Positions 10,559 through 20,980 are shown, counted from the first letter of the stretch. The stretch: DNA of 64,000 nt from Ignavibacteriales bacterium (GCA_037441705.1 JBBIRR010000011.1:1-64000), one strand, 5' to 3'. Numbers and translations are program-made. Notes: generated by a model from the sequence alone, not told the origin.

Positions 10559-10636
10559 GCGCCGAATTGCAAAACATCTTACGGCATACAGAGTTAGAGA
10601 GTTTGTGCTTGATTCTCAGGTCAAAACTCGCGTTCT

Positions 10637-10654
10637 TCTGGAAGCGCTTCCAGA
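10637..10654. promoter_or_regulatory. LacI/GalR-family operator upstream of the maltodextrin operon
   Basis: Perfect 18-bp palindrome TCTGGAAGCGCTTCCAGA with the LacI-type TGNAANCGNTTNCA core, 57 bp before the GH13 ATG. Confidence 0.75.
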
Positions 10655-10711
10655 TTGGGGCTGCGGATCGTCGAGCGACCGTCGGATTGTCTGCCCTCGT
10701 CTCTTTCGTGT

Positions 10712-12136
10712 ATGAGAGTTTCGACTTTTGCAATAGAACGTGCTGAAGAAGTTTCGTTTGTCCCCGACTGGGTGAAGGACGCTGTGTTCTATCAGATCTT
10801 TCCCGAGCGTTTTGCCAACGGCGACACGACGAACGACCCGCCCAATGTTGAACCGTGGGGCGCGCCGCCAACGCCGCACAACTACTTCGGCGGCGACCTG
10901 CAAGGCATTATTGATCATCTCGACTACATCTCCTCGCTCGGCGTCAACTGTCTCTATCTCAATCCCATCTTCTGGTCAACGAGTAATCACAAGTATCACG
11001 CAAAAGACTATTTGAAGATTGATCCGCATTTTGGTGATGAGGATGTGTTCCGGCGCCTGGTCGAGGCGTGTCACGGCCGCGGCATTCGTATCATTCTCGA
11101 TGGCGTGTTCAACCACACGGGCGTAGATTTTTTTGCCTTCGAAGATGTGAAGAAGAATGGCCCGAAGTCACGTTATGCAAAGTGGTTCAACATCTACTAC
11201 TTTCCCGTCGGCTCACCGCGGAGACCGAACTATGAATGCTGGTGGAATCTCGGCGATCTGCCGAAGTTGATGGTGCATGTGCCTGAGGTACGCGCATACC
11301 TCTTTCATGTGACCGAGTATTGGATGAAGTTTGGGATTGATGGGTGGAGACTCGATGTGCCGAACGAGATTCCGCATACGTTCTGGATTGAATGGCGGAA
11401 AGTTGTGAAACGACTGAACCCGAATGCCTACATCGTCGGAGAGATCTGGGACGACGCCTCGCCGTGGCTGCAGGGAGACCAATTCGACGCGGTGATGAAC
11501 TATCGTTTCCGGCGAGCGTGCATCGAGTTCTTTTCCCATCGGACGTACACGCCGGCGGAGTTCGACGCATCGCTTGCGGCCGTGCGCAACGACTATCCGC
11601 CGGGCGTCAGCTTCGTCCTGCAGAATCTCCTCGGCAGTCACGACACCGAACGCTTTCTCACACTCTGCAAGAACGACAAGCGTGTTCTGAAACTTGCCTG
11701 GCTGTTCCAAATGACCTACGTCGGTGCGCCGATGGTGTACTACGGCGACGAGGTGGGGATGACCGGCGGCAAAGACCCCGACTGTCGCGGAACGATGATC
11801 TGGGACGAGAGCAAGCAGGACAGGGATTTGTTAACGACACTGAAGCAGTTCATCTCGCTGCGCAATACGTACTCGGTGTTCCGACGCGGAACGTTCGAAA
11901 CAGCCGTCGTGGATAATGACAGAAATCTCTACGGATATTGGAGACGGAGTTTTGACGGACGATCGGCGGCGCTCGTTGTGTTGAATAACTCGCTCCGCGA
12001 GCAGGCGGTCCATCTGTCGGATATCGAATCTTTCACCTCGTACTCATGGCGTCAAGTCTGGCCGCAGCGTGCCAACGGCATGCCGACGCGAGAGCTTCCC
12101 GGTCTTTCCGGACTTGTGCTGATAGGCGAGCGGTAG
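10712..12136 (+). CDS. GH13 neopullulanase / cyclomaltodextrinase-like enzyme (cytoplasmic)
   Basis: 'PDWVKDAVFYQIFPERFANGD', 'DGVFNH', 'GWRLDVPNE', 'GEIW', 'LLGSHD'. Confidence 0.92.
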   Translation: MRVSTFAIERAEEVSFVPDWVKDAVFYQIFPERFANGDTTNDPPNVEPWGAPPTPHNYFGGDLQGIIDHLDYISSLGVNCLYLNPIFWSTSNHKYHAKDYLKIDPHFGDEDVFRRLVEACHGRGIRIILDGVFNHTGVDFFAFEDVKKNGPKSRYAKWFNIYYFPVGSPRRPNYECWWNLGDLPKLMVHVPEVRAYLFHVTEYWMKFGIDGWRLDVPNEIPHTFWIEWRKVVKRLNPNAYIVGEIWDDASPWLQGDQFDAVMNYRFRRACIEFFSHRTYTPAEFDASLAAVRNDYPPGVSFVLQNLLGSHDTERFLTLCKNDKRVLKLAWLFQMTYVGAPMVYYGDEVGMTGGKDPDCRGTMIWDESKQDRDLLTTLKQFISLRNTYSVFRRGTFETAVVDNDRNLYGYWRRSFDGRSAALVVLNNSLREQAVHLSDIESFTSYSWRQVWPQRANGMPTRELPGLSGLVLIGER

Positions 12137-12169
12137 CATCGAACCAATGATGAATAGAAGGAGGGAATA

Positions 12170-14890
12170 ATGATGAAACGAACACTACTGTTTGCTGCCG
12201 TTCTGATCATATCGAGAGCGTTTCCGCAGGATAGCGTTGATGTCACGTTTCGGTACAACGTGCAGGGGTTTCCCACGGGTGTTTCGGTGCCGGGGCAGTT
12301 CAACAATTGGAGCACGACGGCGTGGCCCATGGTTTATCGCGGCGGCACGCTCTGGACGCGTGATGCGCGCCTGGCTATCGGTGGCGCGCCGGCCCCGATT
12401 CCCGGTGCATACCAGTACAAGTTCTACTACAACGGCGTTACCGTTTGGCCCAATGATCCGCTCAACCATCACGTCAACCCGTCCGACAACGACAACTCGT
12501 TCATCATCGTCAAAGATCCGACAATCTATCATTTCCTGCCGAATCAGCGGACAGGAACGGTAAGCACGAACCATCCGACGATCACAGCATACATCTTTCC
12601 GAAAGTCGGAACCACATTCGACACATCGCAGTTGGCGTTGACGATTGACGGCACGACCGTGACGGGCATCGGCAGTTCATACAACTTCAGCACGAAGCAG
12701 ATGAGCTACACGGTGCCCGATGCGATGGCAAACGGGATGCACACGGTGATCCTCCACGCAGGCACAACGCTGGATACGGTAAGTTTTCTCGTTCAGGTTG
12801 GCGGGCCGCCGCTTGCCCCGATGCCTTCATATGCAAAGCATGGCGTGACGCTGCCGAGCGCGGCATCGAACGACTCCACAACGTTTCGACTGCGGGTGGG
12901 GGGAACCAACTTCGTCGCGCTGCGCATCGCGCCTGCCGGCCAGCCGGTGGCGGGCGTTCCACCTGTGTTCATGAGGAAAAATCCGACCACCAACGATTGG
13001 TGGCTGAACGTCTATTTGCCTCCCGGGACATACGAGTATCAGTACCAGACGGCGAGCGGCTCGTTGATCAACGACCCGTGGGGGCGGTACAACGGCACCT
13101 ACGGGACCCGCTTCACCATAGGACCCGAAGGCCTGACGGCCGACGATTACATCTGGCGTTCGACGAACTATCAGCGTCCGCCTCTGAATAAACTCGTCAT
13201 CTACGAGCTGCACATCGGTGAGTTTGCCGGCGGCTACTACGGACTTGGCGGCGGACAGGCGGGGTTCGCGCATCTTACGACGCTGCTGCCGTACCTCGAT
13301 TCGCTCGGCATCAACGCCGTTGAGTTGATGCCCATTACCGATTACGGGTTGGTCGGACGGTCCGGTCATTCATGGGGCTACGATCTCAACCACAACTTTG
13401 CCATCGAGCCTGCCTACGGGACGCCGCGTGATTTCAAAGTGTTCGTTGATTCGGCGCATGCGCGAGGCATTGCCGTGATTCTCGATGTCGTCTTCAATCA
13501 CCTTAACGACACCGGGCCGCTGTGGCAGATGCAGCCCGATACCGCAAGTCCGTATTTCAAGGATTGCAACGATCGGCGCTTCAACGAAGATGACCTCTGC
13601 TTCTTCCGCGACTTAGATCACTGGACGGCGGAGACGCAGGAGTTGGTGTACACGGCGCTCAAGATGTGGATTGATGAGTATCGTGTGGACGGATTTCGTT
13701 ACGACTATACGCAGGGCATCGGCTGGAATGTGAACGAGCCGACAAAGGGAATACTCGGCTGGGCAAACAGGATTGATCAAGAATATCAGGGTCAGATCTA
13801 TCAGATTGCCGAACACCTTCCCGAAAGCCCGGCCCTCATTTACTACAGCGGGTTGACGGGCGGCTGGCACGACAGCTTTCACGATGAGCTGTTCGACGAG
13901 GCGCGTTTCCGCAACAGGACGCTGACCCGCATCGAGGATCTGGTGATTGATCTCGGCGCGTATCCGGGCAACGATATTCCGTCAACGCCCGCGCGGTACG
14001 CTCGCCGCACAGAGCCGGTCAATCACACCAACAACCACGACGAGCAGTCCGTGCTGTACGAGATGATCACATATCAGGGTGTGCCGCTGAATGAGGCGCT
14101 GCTGCGCGACAAGCTGTACGGCGCGCTCTGCTTTACCTCGCTCGGCATTCCGATGTTGTGGGAAGGTCAGGAATTCAGTGCGCCGCGCGGATGGACGGAC
14201 GGCAATCACCGACTGAGCTACCGCCCTGTGGAGTGGTACCTGTATCCAACGTCGCGCGGACAGCAGCATTTTGCCTGGTACAAGACGCTCATCCGTCAGC
14301 GGAAACGGAATCCCGCACTCTACGATGGTGTGCTACGCCGCCTGTACCGATACGACGCGCAGAAGACACTAGTATGGGGCTTCGAGGATACGACGACGAC
14401 AGCGCGCTTTGTGGGCGTGGCGAACTTCACGAATCTCGATCAGACCGTCACGAACATCCCCTGGGTCGGCTCCGGCACGTTCTACAACATTGTTGATCAG
14501 AGCACGCTGACGGTGAGCGGCGGGGTGGTGCCGAGCCTGACCGTGCCGGCGTACACGGCGTTGTTTTTCTCCAGCTTCCCGGACAGCATCCTGAACGATG
14601 TGAAGCGGAGCGATGCGGAGATTCCGATTGCGTATGGGTTGGGACAGAACTATCCGAATCCGTTCAATCCGACCACGCGCATTCCTTTCGCGGTTCAAGG
14701 TTCAGGTCGAGTGACGCTGAAGGTGTACGATGTGTTGGGGCGAGAGGTGGCGACGCTGGTGGATGGGATTTTGGATGCTGGATTCAGGTCGGTGGAGTTC
14801 GATGGCAGCAATCTGCCAAGCGGCGTGTACTTCTATCGCTTGATGTCGGGATCGTTTGTTCAAACGCGGAAGATGGTGCTAGCGAGATAG
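12170..14890 (+). CDS. T9SS-secreted GH13 alpha-amylase family protein with CBM48-like domains
   Basis: Signal peptide; 'VSVPGQFNNW'; 'IYELHIGEF', 'ELMPI', 'WGYD', 'DVVFNH', 'DGFRYD', 'NNHD'; T9SS CTD 'QNYPNPFNPTT...RKMVLAR'. Confidence 0.88.
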   Translation: MMKRTLLFAAVLIISRAFPQDSVDVTFRYNVQGFPTGVSVPGQFNNWSTTAWPMVYRGGTLWTRDARLAIGGAPAPIPGAYQYKFYYNGVTVWPNDPLNHHVNPSDNDNSFIIVKDPTIYHFLPNQRTGTVSTNHPTITAYIFPKVGTTFDTSQLALTIDGTTVTGIGSSYNFSTKQMSYTVPDAMANGMHTVILHAGTTLDTVSFLVQVGGPPLAPMPSYAKHGVTLPSAASNDSTTFRLRVGGTNFVALRIAPAGQPVAGVPPVFMRKNPTTNDWWLNVYLPPGTYEYQYQTASGSLINDPWGRYNGTYGTRFTIGPEGLTADDYIWRSTNYQRPPLNKLVIYELHIGEFAGGYYGLGGGQAGFAHLTTLLPYLDSLGINAVELMPITDYGLVGRSGHSWGYDLNHNFAIEPAYGTPRDFKVFVDSAHARGIAVILDVVFNHLNDTGPLWQMQPDTASPYFKDCNDRRFNEDDLCFFRDLDHWTAETQELVYTALKMWIDEYRVDGFRYDYTQGIGWNVNEPTKGILGWANRIDQEYQGQIYQIAEHLPESPALIYYSGLTGGWHDSFHDELFDEARFRNRTLTRIEDLVIDLGAYPGNDIPSTPARYARRTEPVNHTNNHDEQSVLYEMITYQGVPLNEALLRDKLYGALCFTSLGIPMLWEGQEFSAPRGWTDGNHRLSYRPVEWYLYPTSRGQQHFAWYKTLIRQRKRNPALYDGVLRRLYRYDAQKTLVWGFEDTTTTARFVGVANFTNLDQTVTNIPWVGSGTFYNIVDQSTLTVSGGVVPSLTVPAYTALFFSSFPDSILNDVKRSDAEIPIAYGLGQNYPNPFNPTTRIPFAVQGSGRVTLKVYDVLGREVATLVDGILDAGFRSVEFDGSNLPSGVYFYRLMSGSFVQTRKMVLAR

Positions 14891-14940
14891 AGAGGATGCA
14901 CGGCGGATGGAGAAGCTGTAGTGCACGTTGAGTGCCGCGC

Positions 14941-15075
14941 GTTAGGCGGCCGGAGGGTGCCCCCGCAGGGGGCAGTGCTGAGCGCTGTTCAGCGAAGCAC
15001 CGAAGTCCGCCGCAGGCGGCGAAGCCCGCAGGACGCCGACGGCGCTGCGAAGCGTTTAGCGCCGGAACGCCCAAC
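14941..15075. repeat. Highly structured ORF-less element bounded by GTTAGGC...GCCCAAC (integron-cassette-like / MITE-like)
   Basis: Terminal inverted repeat GTTAGGCG/CGCCCAAC (1 mismatch); internal hairpins TGCCCCC-GCA-GGGGGCA and CCGCC-GCA-GGCGG; three GCGAAGC; CGGCGCT...AGCGCCG. Confidence 0.55.
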
Positions 15076-15084
15076 ACAAAAACC

Positions 15085-17748
15085 ATGACCCTATTTGTGA
15101 GATCAAGAAGGTTATCTCTCCTCGCAGCCGTGCTCTGTTCGTCGCTGCAGGTTCACGCGCAGCCGAAAGCCGTTGCCGGCGGCGTGGAATTTTCTTTGCC
15201 GGACAAGGGCTATGGTTCCGTGGCGCTGGTGGGCGACTTCAACGCGTGGTCGAAAGACGCGCATCCGTTGCGAAGGAATTCATCGAACGCATGGGTGACG
15301 ACGGTTGCGCTCGCGCCGGGCATCTATCAGTATCTGTTCTACGTGAATGCGCGTGAGTATGTGCCCGATCCGAACAATCCGGCTGTTGTGGAGAACTACA
15401 ACAACTCGGGAAAGAACTCGGTGTTTGTCCTGACAGAAGAGGGAACCGTTCAGCTCACGTCCGTGCCGCCGGTTCCGAAAGCGAACCCGCACGATGAGTA
15501 CGCTCCCACCCCCGACCGCAAACCGCTGTACCTCAACATCATCTGGCATCAACATCAGCCGCTGTATCTCAATCCGGCAACGGATCAGCTGGAGGGGCCG
15601 TGGGTGCGCACGCATGCGACGAAGGATTATTTCGACATGGCGGCAATGCTGCAGCAGTATCCCGACGTTCACTGCAACATCAACCTGACGTCGAGTCTGC
15701 TCTACCAGCTTGATGAGTACTATGTGAAGAGGCTGCGAGCGTTTGTGGACACGAAGCGGAACTCGATTGATGCACGAGGGTTTCTCAAAGCATGGAAGGG
15801 CAAGACCGACCCGTGGATTGATCTGATGCTGAAGCCGACGGCGAAGTTTGATAGCGCCGACGTTGGTTTCTTATTCAAGAATACTTGGAACGCCTTCGGC
15901 ATCAGTGAGGTGATGATCGAGCGCTTTCCGGAATATCGGGCGTTGAAGGAGAAGCTTGCCGCGACGATGCGTCCGGGCGTGAACCCGTTCACCGAGCAGG
16001 AGATGCGGGAGATCAAGTTCTTCTTTTATCTCGCTCATTTCGATCCGGACTTTTTGAGGGGAGAGGTGAAACTTCCGAACGGACTGTGGTGCGACCTGAG
16101 CGATCTTGTGCGGTTCGATGCCGAGGGGAGGCGATTCTTTTTGAGGCGTCCGGTGACGGAAGCCGACTGCCGGCGTATTCTCGTCGAGGCATACAAGGTG
16201 ATGGCGAGTGTCGTGCCGATGCACAGGAGGCTGCGCTACGATGCTTTGCGACGTACGGGTCAGTTCGATATCATCACGACGCCGTTCTATCATCCGATTC
16301 TTCCGTTGATTTATGATTCCGATCTTGCGGCTCTTTGTCAACCTGATGACGCGCTGCCGGCGCGTTTCTCCTACCCGCAAGACGCGGAAGCACAGGTGGC
16401 AAAGGCGGTAAAGTTTTACAAGGAAATGTTCGGCGTGGCGCCGACGGGCATGTGGCCTGCTGAAGGTGCCGTGGCGCAGCCCGTCCTTCCCTTGCTGCGC
16501 AAGCACGGCGTGTGGTGGGCGGCGACGGATGTCAAAGTGCTTCAGCGTTCCGATCCTGCCGGCCAGCCGAATACGACGCCCTATCGCTTTGCGGCGGGGA
16601 GCGATGCAAGCGGTAGAGACGAGTGGATGGCGTTGGTGTTCAGAGATACCGAGCTTTCCGATCGCATCGGCTTCAAGTATCAGAACTATCGGGGCGAGGA
16701 AGCCGCGGAGGATTTCATCCGGACGATCCTTGCACGCGCGGCGAAGAAGGATGAGCCGGACGTTCTGCTGACGGTGATTCTTGACGGAGAGAATGCGTGG
16801 GAGTGGTATCGCCACGATATTGACGGGAAAGAGTTCTTGCATGCGCTGTATCGCAAGCTCAGCAAGTTGTTTTCAACGCGTCAGGTTATTACCACCACAA
16901 CAACGGAGTATGTGGTAGGAAACCCGGGTCGTGGCATCGATCCGCATCCGCTCGATCAGCTCCCGGAGATGAAGCGCCTCTGGCCCGGCTCGTGGATCAA
17001 CGCCAACTTCGATACCTGGATCGGCGAGCCGGAAGAGAACAGGGCGTGGGAGTATTTACTGCAGGCGCGGCGTGATCTGGAGGCGAGCGGCTTGAAGCAG
17101 CCCAACCCGTCGGCTCCTCCGCCAAGAAAAGGAACACGAGCATGGTACGTGTTCAAAGCGTACGAAGCGATGTACGCGGCTGAAGGCTCGGATTGGTTCT
17201 GGTGGTACGGAAGCGACCAGACTGCTCCGGCCGGCGACCGGCCTTTCGATGAGGCTTTTCGGATTCATTTGAAGAATGTGTATGATTTTGCGCGCCGTGC
17301 CGGCGGGACGATGCCGCAGCCGGCGTTCGAGCCGATCATCGTAGCACAGCAGAGTGCAGCCGCATCCGTATCGGCACAGGAGGGCGGAGGTGTGATGGCG
17401 CGGGGCACCACCGAGATGCAAGAGATTCTTTTCACCGTTGATGCCGCGGGCATTACGGTGAAGGATGCAATCTACATTGCGGGCAATCGCAAGGAGCTTG
17501 GCGAGTGGACGCCGAATCTCGTGCGCATGTACGACGACGGCACGCACGGAGACGAACGTCCTGCGGACGGCGTGTGGTCGCTTACGCTCACGCTTCCCGT
17601 GGGGACGGCTCTCCAGTACAAATACACGAACAGCGGGCGGAGGGGTGAATGGGTTCCGGGAGAGGAATTTCCCTCGGACAATCGCAAGCTCGTCATCAAA
17701 AAGTCTGCAGACACAATCATCATCCGGGATACTTTCGGGAAAAAATAG
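15085..17748 (+). CDS. Exported GH57 amylopullulanase with N-terminal CBM48-like and C-terminal CBM20-like domains
   Basis: Signal peptide from M at 15085; 'VALVGDFNAW'; GH57 motifs 'WHQHQP', 'HPILPL', 'WPAEG', 'LDGENAWE', 'AEGSDWFWW'; 'IYIAGNRKELGEW...YKY'. Confidence 0.9.
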   Translation: MTLFVRSRRLSLLAAVLCSSLQVHAQPKAVAGGVEFSLPDKGYGSVALVGDFNAWSKDAHPLRRNSSNAWVTTVALAPGIYQYLFYVNAREYVPDPNNPAVVENYNNSGKNSVFVLTEEGTVQLTSVPPVPKANPHDEYAPTPDRKPLYLNIIWHQHQPLYLNPATDQLEGPWVRTHATKDYFDMAAMLQQYPDVHCNINLTSSLLYQLDEYYVKRLRAFVDTKRNSIDARGFLKAWKGKTDPWIDLMLKPTAKFDSADVGFLFKNTWNAFGISEVMIERFPEYRALKEKLAATMRPGVNPFTEQEMREIKFFFYLAHFDPDFLRGEVKLPNGLWCDLSDLVRFDAEGRRFFLRRPVTEADCRRILVEAYKVMASVVPMHRRLRYDALRRTGQFDIITTPFYHPILPLIYDSDLAALCQPDDALPARFSYPQDAEAQVAKAVKFYKEMFGVAPTGMWPAEGAVAQPVLPLLRKHGVWWAATDVKVLQRSDPAGQPNTTPYRFAAGSDASGRDEWMALVFRDTELSDRIGFKYQNYRGEEAAEDFIRTILARAAKKDEPDVLLTVILDGENAWEWYRHDIDGKEFLHALYRKLSKLFSTRQVITTTTTEYVVGNPGRGIDPHPLDQLPEMKRLWPGSWINANFDTWIGEPEENRAWEYLLQARRDLEASGLKQPNPSAPPPRKGTRAWYVFKAYEAMYAAEGSDWFWWYGSDQTAPAGDRPFDEAFRIHLKNVYDFARRAGGTMPQPAFEPIIVAQQSAAASVSAQEGGGVMARGTTEMQEILFTVDAAGITVKDAIYIAGNRKELGEWTPNLVRMYDDGTHGDERPADGVWSLTLTLPVGTALQYKYTNSGRRGEWVPGEEFPSDNRKLVIKKSADTIIIRDTFGKK

Positions 17749-17751
17749 TCT

Positions 17752-19713
17752 ATGGGGAAAGCATACACACCACCATCGGCTCTGGACATCGTGGAGGAGG
17801 TGTTGCGAAGAAAGAAGAAGGAGGCGAAGAAATACACCTACACCATCCCTTCGTTGTGGATGAAAGATGAAATCTTCGATGCGCCGAGCACGCCGAAGCG
17901 TGTGAAGGTGAATCCGTTTGAATTTTTTCTGGATGCCGTGGAGAAAGCACGGCGGGCGAAGCAGCCGCCGAAGCCGCAGCCGACCGGGGGCGAGTGGAGT
18001 CGGGATGCCGTCATCTACAACATGTTTGTAAGAACAACGGCGGCGTTCGACCACAACGACAACGGGAAGCTCGATATGCCGGTGAACGCCGACGGATTTC
18101 GCGAGACCGGGACGTTCATGAAAGCGTTGGCGCTGCTGCCCTACATCAAGCAGTTGGGAGCGAACACGGTGCATCTCCTCCCGATTACCGCCATCGGTCA
18201 CGACGGCAACAAAGGAACGCTCGGTTCGCCGTATGCCATCCGCAATCCGTACGAGCTGGATGAGAACCTCGCGGAGCCGGCATTAGGACTCGATGCGAAG
18301 ACGGAATTCAAAGCGTTCGTCGAAGCGGCGCATCACTTCGGACTTCGGGTTGTGGTGGAGTTTGTGTTCCGTACGGCGGCGAAAGATTCCGACTGGGTGA
18401 AGGAACATCCGGAATGGATGTATTGGATCAAAGAGGAGATTCCGAACCGCGACCCTGCGCATCAGGATGAGTCGCGTTACGGCTCGCCCATCTTCACGCC
18501 TCATGAATTGGAGCAGATACATCGCAAGGTGCGTGAGCATAACTTCACCGAACTTCTTCCGCCGCATCCGATCTATCGCAGTTTCTTCACCGAACCGCCC
18601 GCGCCGGAGGCGGTGAGCAAGGAGAATGGGCGCTACATCGGCACGCTGCCGAACTCGCAGCGCGTGAAGATTCCCGGCGCCTTCGCCGATTGGCCGCCCG
18701 ACGACAATCAGCCGCCCTGGGATGACGTCACGTATCTGCGCATGTACGTCCATCCCGACTTCAATTACATTGCCTACAACACCATTCGCATGTACGACGA
18801 GCGTCTTGCGCGACCCGAGAATATCAATCGGCCGCTGTGGGATAGGATTGTCGGAATCATTCCGTACTATCAGCGCGAGTTTCACATCGACGGTGTCATG
18901 ATCGACATGGGCCATGCCCTGCCCATGCAGTTGAAGCAGGAAATGGTGAGTACCGCGCGGAAGAACGATCCCGACTTTGCCTTCTGGGACGAAAACTTCT
19001 CGATTACACGCCGCAGCAGAGAAGAGGGATACAATGCGGTGTTCGGCTTCTTGTGGATTGATGAACACCATCCGCCGCGCATGAGGTCGTTCTGCAGACG
19101 CGCCGCTTCGGAAGGATTCCCGATTCCGTTCTTTGCGACCCCGGAGAATCACAACACGCCGCGAGCGGCGGCGCGCCCGGGCGGTATTCCCTACTCCATG
19201 TGGGCGATGGTGGTGAACAGCTTCCTGCCGGGCATTCCGTTTATTCATTCCGGCTATGAACTTGCCGAAACCTATCCCATCAACACGGGATTGGATTTCA
19301 CCAACGACCAGCTGAAGCAGTATCCGTCGGAAAAACTTCCGCTGTTCAGCGAATATGCGTACAACTGGCTGAACAAGAGCCACATCTGCTGGTGGGTGAA
19401 GAAGGTGCTTGCCATCCGCAGCAAGTATCAAAAACTTGTTGTGGACGATAACCCGCTTTCCTTTGTTATGCTGCACGCCGACTCCAGCCACAGCGAACAC
19501 ATCCTCGCGTTTGCGCGCGTCTGCGAACAGCCGAGGAAACGTCTTGCGGTTGTGTCCAACACGAACTTCCATGCATCGGAGACGGCTCTCGTGCGGCTGG
19601 ATTCATCAAGAGACAAAGTCGTGGACTTGCTCGAAGGAAAGGAGTATGCGTTGACGGACGGCCATGTGCGTGCAAAGCTGCATCCGGGTCAGTGTTTGGT
19701 GTTCGAATACTGA
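17752..19713 (+). CDS. GH13 maltodextrin glycosyltransferase (Thermotoga maltosyltransferase-like)
   Basis: 'FRETGTFMKALALLPYIKQLG...GSPYAIRNPYELDENL', 'FVFRTAAKDSD', 'PGAFADWPPDDNQPPWDDVTYLR', 'IDMGHALP'. Confidence 0.8.
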   Translation: MGKAYTPPSALDIVEEVLRRKKKEAKKYTYTIPSLWMKDEIFDAPSTPKRVKVNPFEFFLDAVEKARRAKQPPKPQPTGGEWSRDAVIYNMFVRTTAAFDHNDNGKLDMPVNADGFRETGTFMKALALLPYIKQLGANTVHLLPITAIGHDGNKGTLGSPYAIRNPYELDENLAEPALGLDAKTEFKAFVEAAHHFGLRVVVEFVFRTAAKDSDWVKEHPEWMYWIKEEIPNRDPAHQDESRYGSPIFTPHELEQIHRKVREHNFTELLPPHPIYRSFFTEPPAPEAVSKENGRYIGTLPNSQRVKIPGAFADWPPDDNQPPWDDVTYLRMYVHPDFNYIAYNTIRMYDERLARPENINRPLWDRIVGIIPYYQREFHIDGVMIDMGHALPMQLKQEMVSTARKNDPDFAFWDENFSITRRSREEGYNAVFGFLWIDEHHPPRMRSFCRRAASEGFPIPFFATPENHNTPRAAARPGGIPYSMWAMVVNSFLPGIPFIHSGYELAETYPINTGLDFTNDQLKQYPSEKLPLFSEYAYNWLNKSHICWWVKKVLAIRSKYQKLVVDDNPLSFVMLHADSSHSEHILAFARVCEQPRKRLAVVSNTNFHASETALVRLDSSRDKVVDLLEGKEYALTDGHVRAKLHPGQCLVFEY

Positions 19714-20972
19714 TGGCGGCCTCGCATACATCCGCCGCTCGCCGATGGTGCGCGGTGTTCGCTCTGGTTCTTGCTGCGGTACTCCTGACGGGTGGATGCA
19801 GGCGCCCGATGAATCCCCACCACATCGTTATCTGGCATCAGATGCGCGTGGATGAACGGGTGATTCTCGAAGCGCAGTTGAAACGCTTCATGGCGCAGAA
19901 CCCGGGCATCACGGCGGAGGCCATTTACAAGGAGACGGAGGAGCTTCGCTCGGGTTTTATTGTGGCTGCTATTGCCGGGCAGGGACCTGATCTGGTGTAT
20001 GGTCCTTCGGATCAAGTCGGCCCGTTTGAGGTGATGGGGATTATCGAACCCCTGGAACAGTTTTTCGAGCAAGAGTATCTTCAACGGTTCATTCCGAAAG
20101 GATTGACCTACTACAACGGCCATCTGTACCAGATTGCTGACAAGTTAGGCAATCACCTCACGCTTGTGTACAACAAAGCGCTCGTTTCCAGGCCGCCGGA
20201 AACCGACGAAGAGTTGATCGCGATAGGCAAGAAGCTGACGATTGACAAAGACGGCGACGGCAAGATTGACCAGTACGCGTTATGCTGGAACTACACCGAG
20301 CCGTTCTTCTTCATTCCCTTCATGACGGGGTTCGGCGGATGGGTGATGACCGACGACGGCAAGCCGACGCTCGATTCAGAAGGAACGATTCGGGCGCTGC
20401 AGTTCATTCGTGACTTGCGGGACAAGTACAAAATCATCCCGGGCGAAGCGGACTACAACATTGCCGATGCGTTGTTCAAGGATGGCAAGAGTGCAATGAT
20501 CATCAATGGTGACTGGTCGTGGGCGGGGTACAAGAAGGCGGGGATCGCCATCGGTGTAGCGCCGCTTCCGAAGATTGCAAGCACGGGCTTGTGGTGCGCG
20601 CCGATGGTTTCGCCCAAGGGCTACTCGCTCAATGCGAATGTGCCGCCGGAAAAAAGGCCGCTGGTGATCAACCTGCTGCGGTTTCTCATGGAGCCTGAAC
20701 AGCAACTGGAAACGGCTCGTATCCTCAACACGATGCCCACACGTATCGAAGCGGTCAACTCCGACTTTGTGCAGAACGATGAAATCCTCCGGAACTCTGC
20801 GCTGCAGATCGAGCGTGGGCGCCCCATGCCCGTTGTGCCCGAGTTGCGCGCAATCTGGGACGCGATGCGTCCGGGCTATCAGGCTGTGCTCGGCGGGTCA
20901 AAAACACCCCAGCAGGCGGCGAAGGAAATGCAGCTCCTTGCCGTTCGCAAGATTCAAGAATTGAACGAGTAG
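19713..20972 (+). CDS. malE: Maltose/maltodextrin ABC transporter substrate-binding lipoprotein (MalE-like)
   Basis: Lipobox 'LLTGGC'; 'AGQGPDL', 'YNKAL', 'FKDGKSAMIINGDW', 'PMPVVPELRAIW'; TGATG coupling to the upstream gene. Confidence 0.85.
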   Translation: MAASHTSAARRWCAVFALVLAAVLLTGGCRRPMNPHHIVIWHQMRVDERVILEAQLKRFMAQNPGITAEAIYKETEELRSGFIVAAIAGQGPDLVYGPSDQVGPFEVMGIIEPLEQFFEQEYLQRFIPKGLTYYNGHLYQIADKLGNHLTLVYNKALVSRPPETDEELIAIGKKLTIDKDGDGKIDQYALCWNYTEPFFFIPFMTGFGGWVMTDDGKPTLDSEGTIRALQFIRDLRDKYKIIPGEADYNIADALFKDGKSAMIINGDWSWAGYKKAGIAIGVAPLPKIASTGLWCAPMVSPKGYSLNANVPPEKRPLVINLLRFLMEPEQQLETARILNTMPTRIEAVNSDFVQNDEILRNSALQIERGRPMPVVPELRAIWDAMRPGYQAVLGGSKTPQQAAKEMQLLAVRKIQELNE

Positions 20973-20980
20973 CAAGGACC

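Noticed and set aside
14932-15084. N-terminal extension of the GH57 ORF
   Set aside because: Runs through the hairpin element; the signal peptide begins at ATG 15085.
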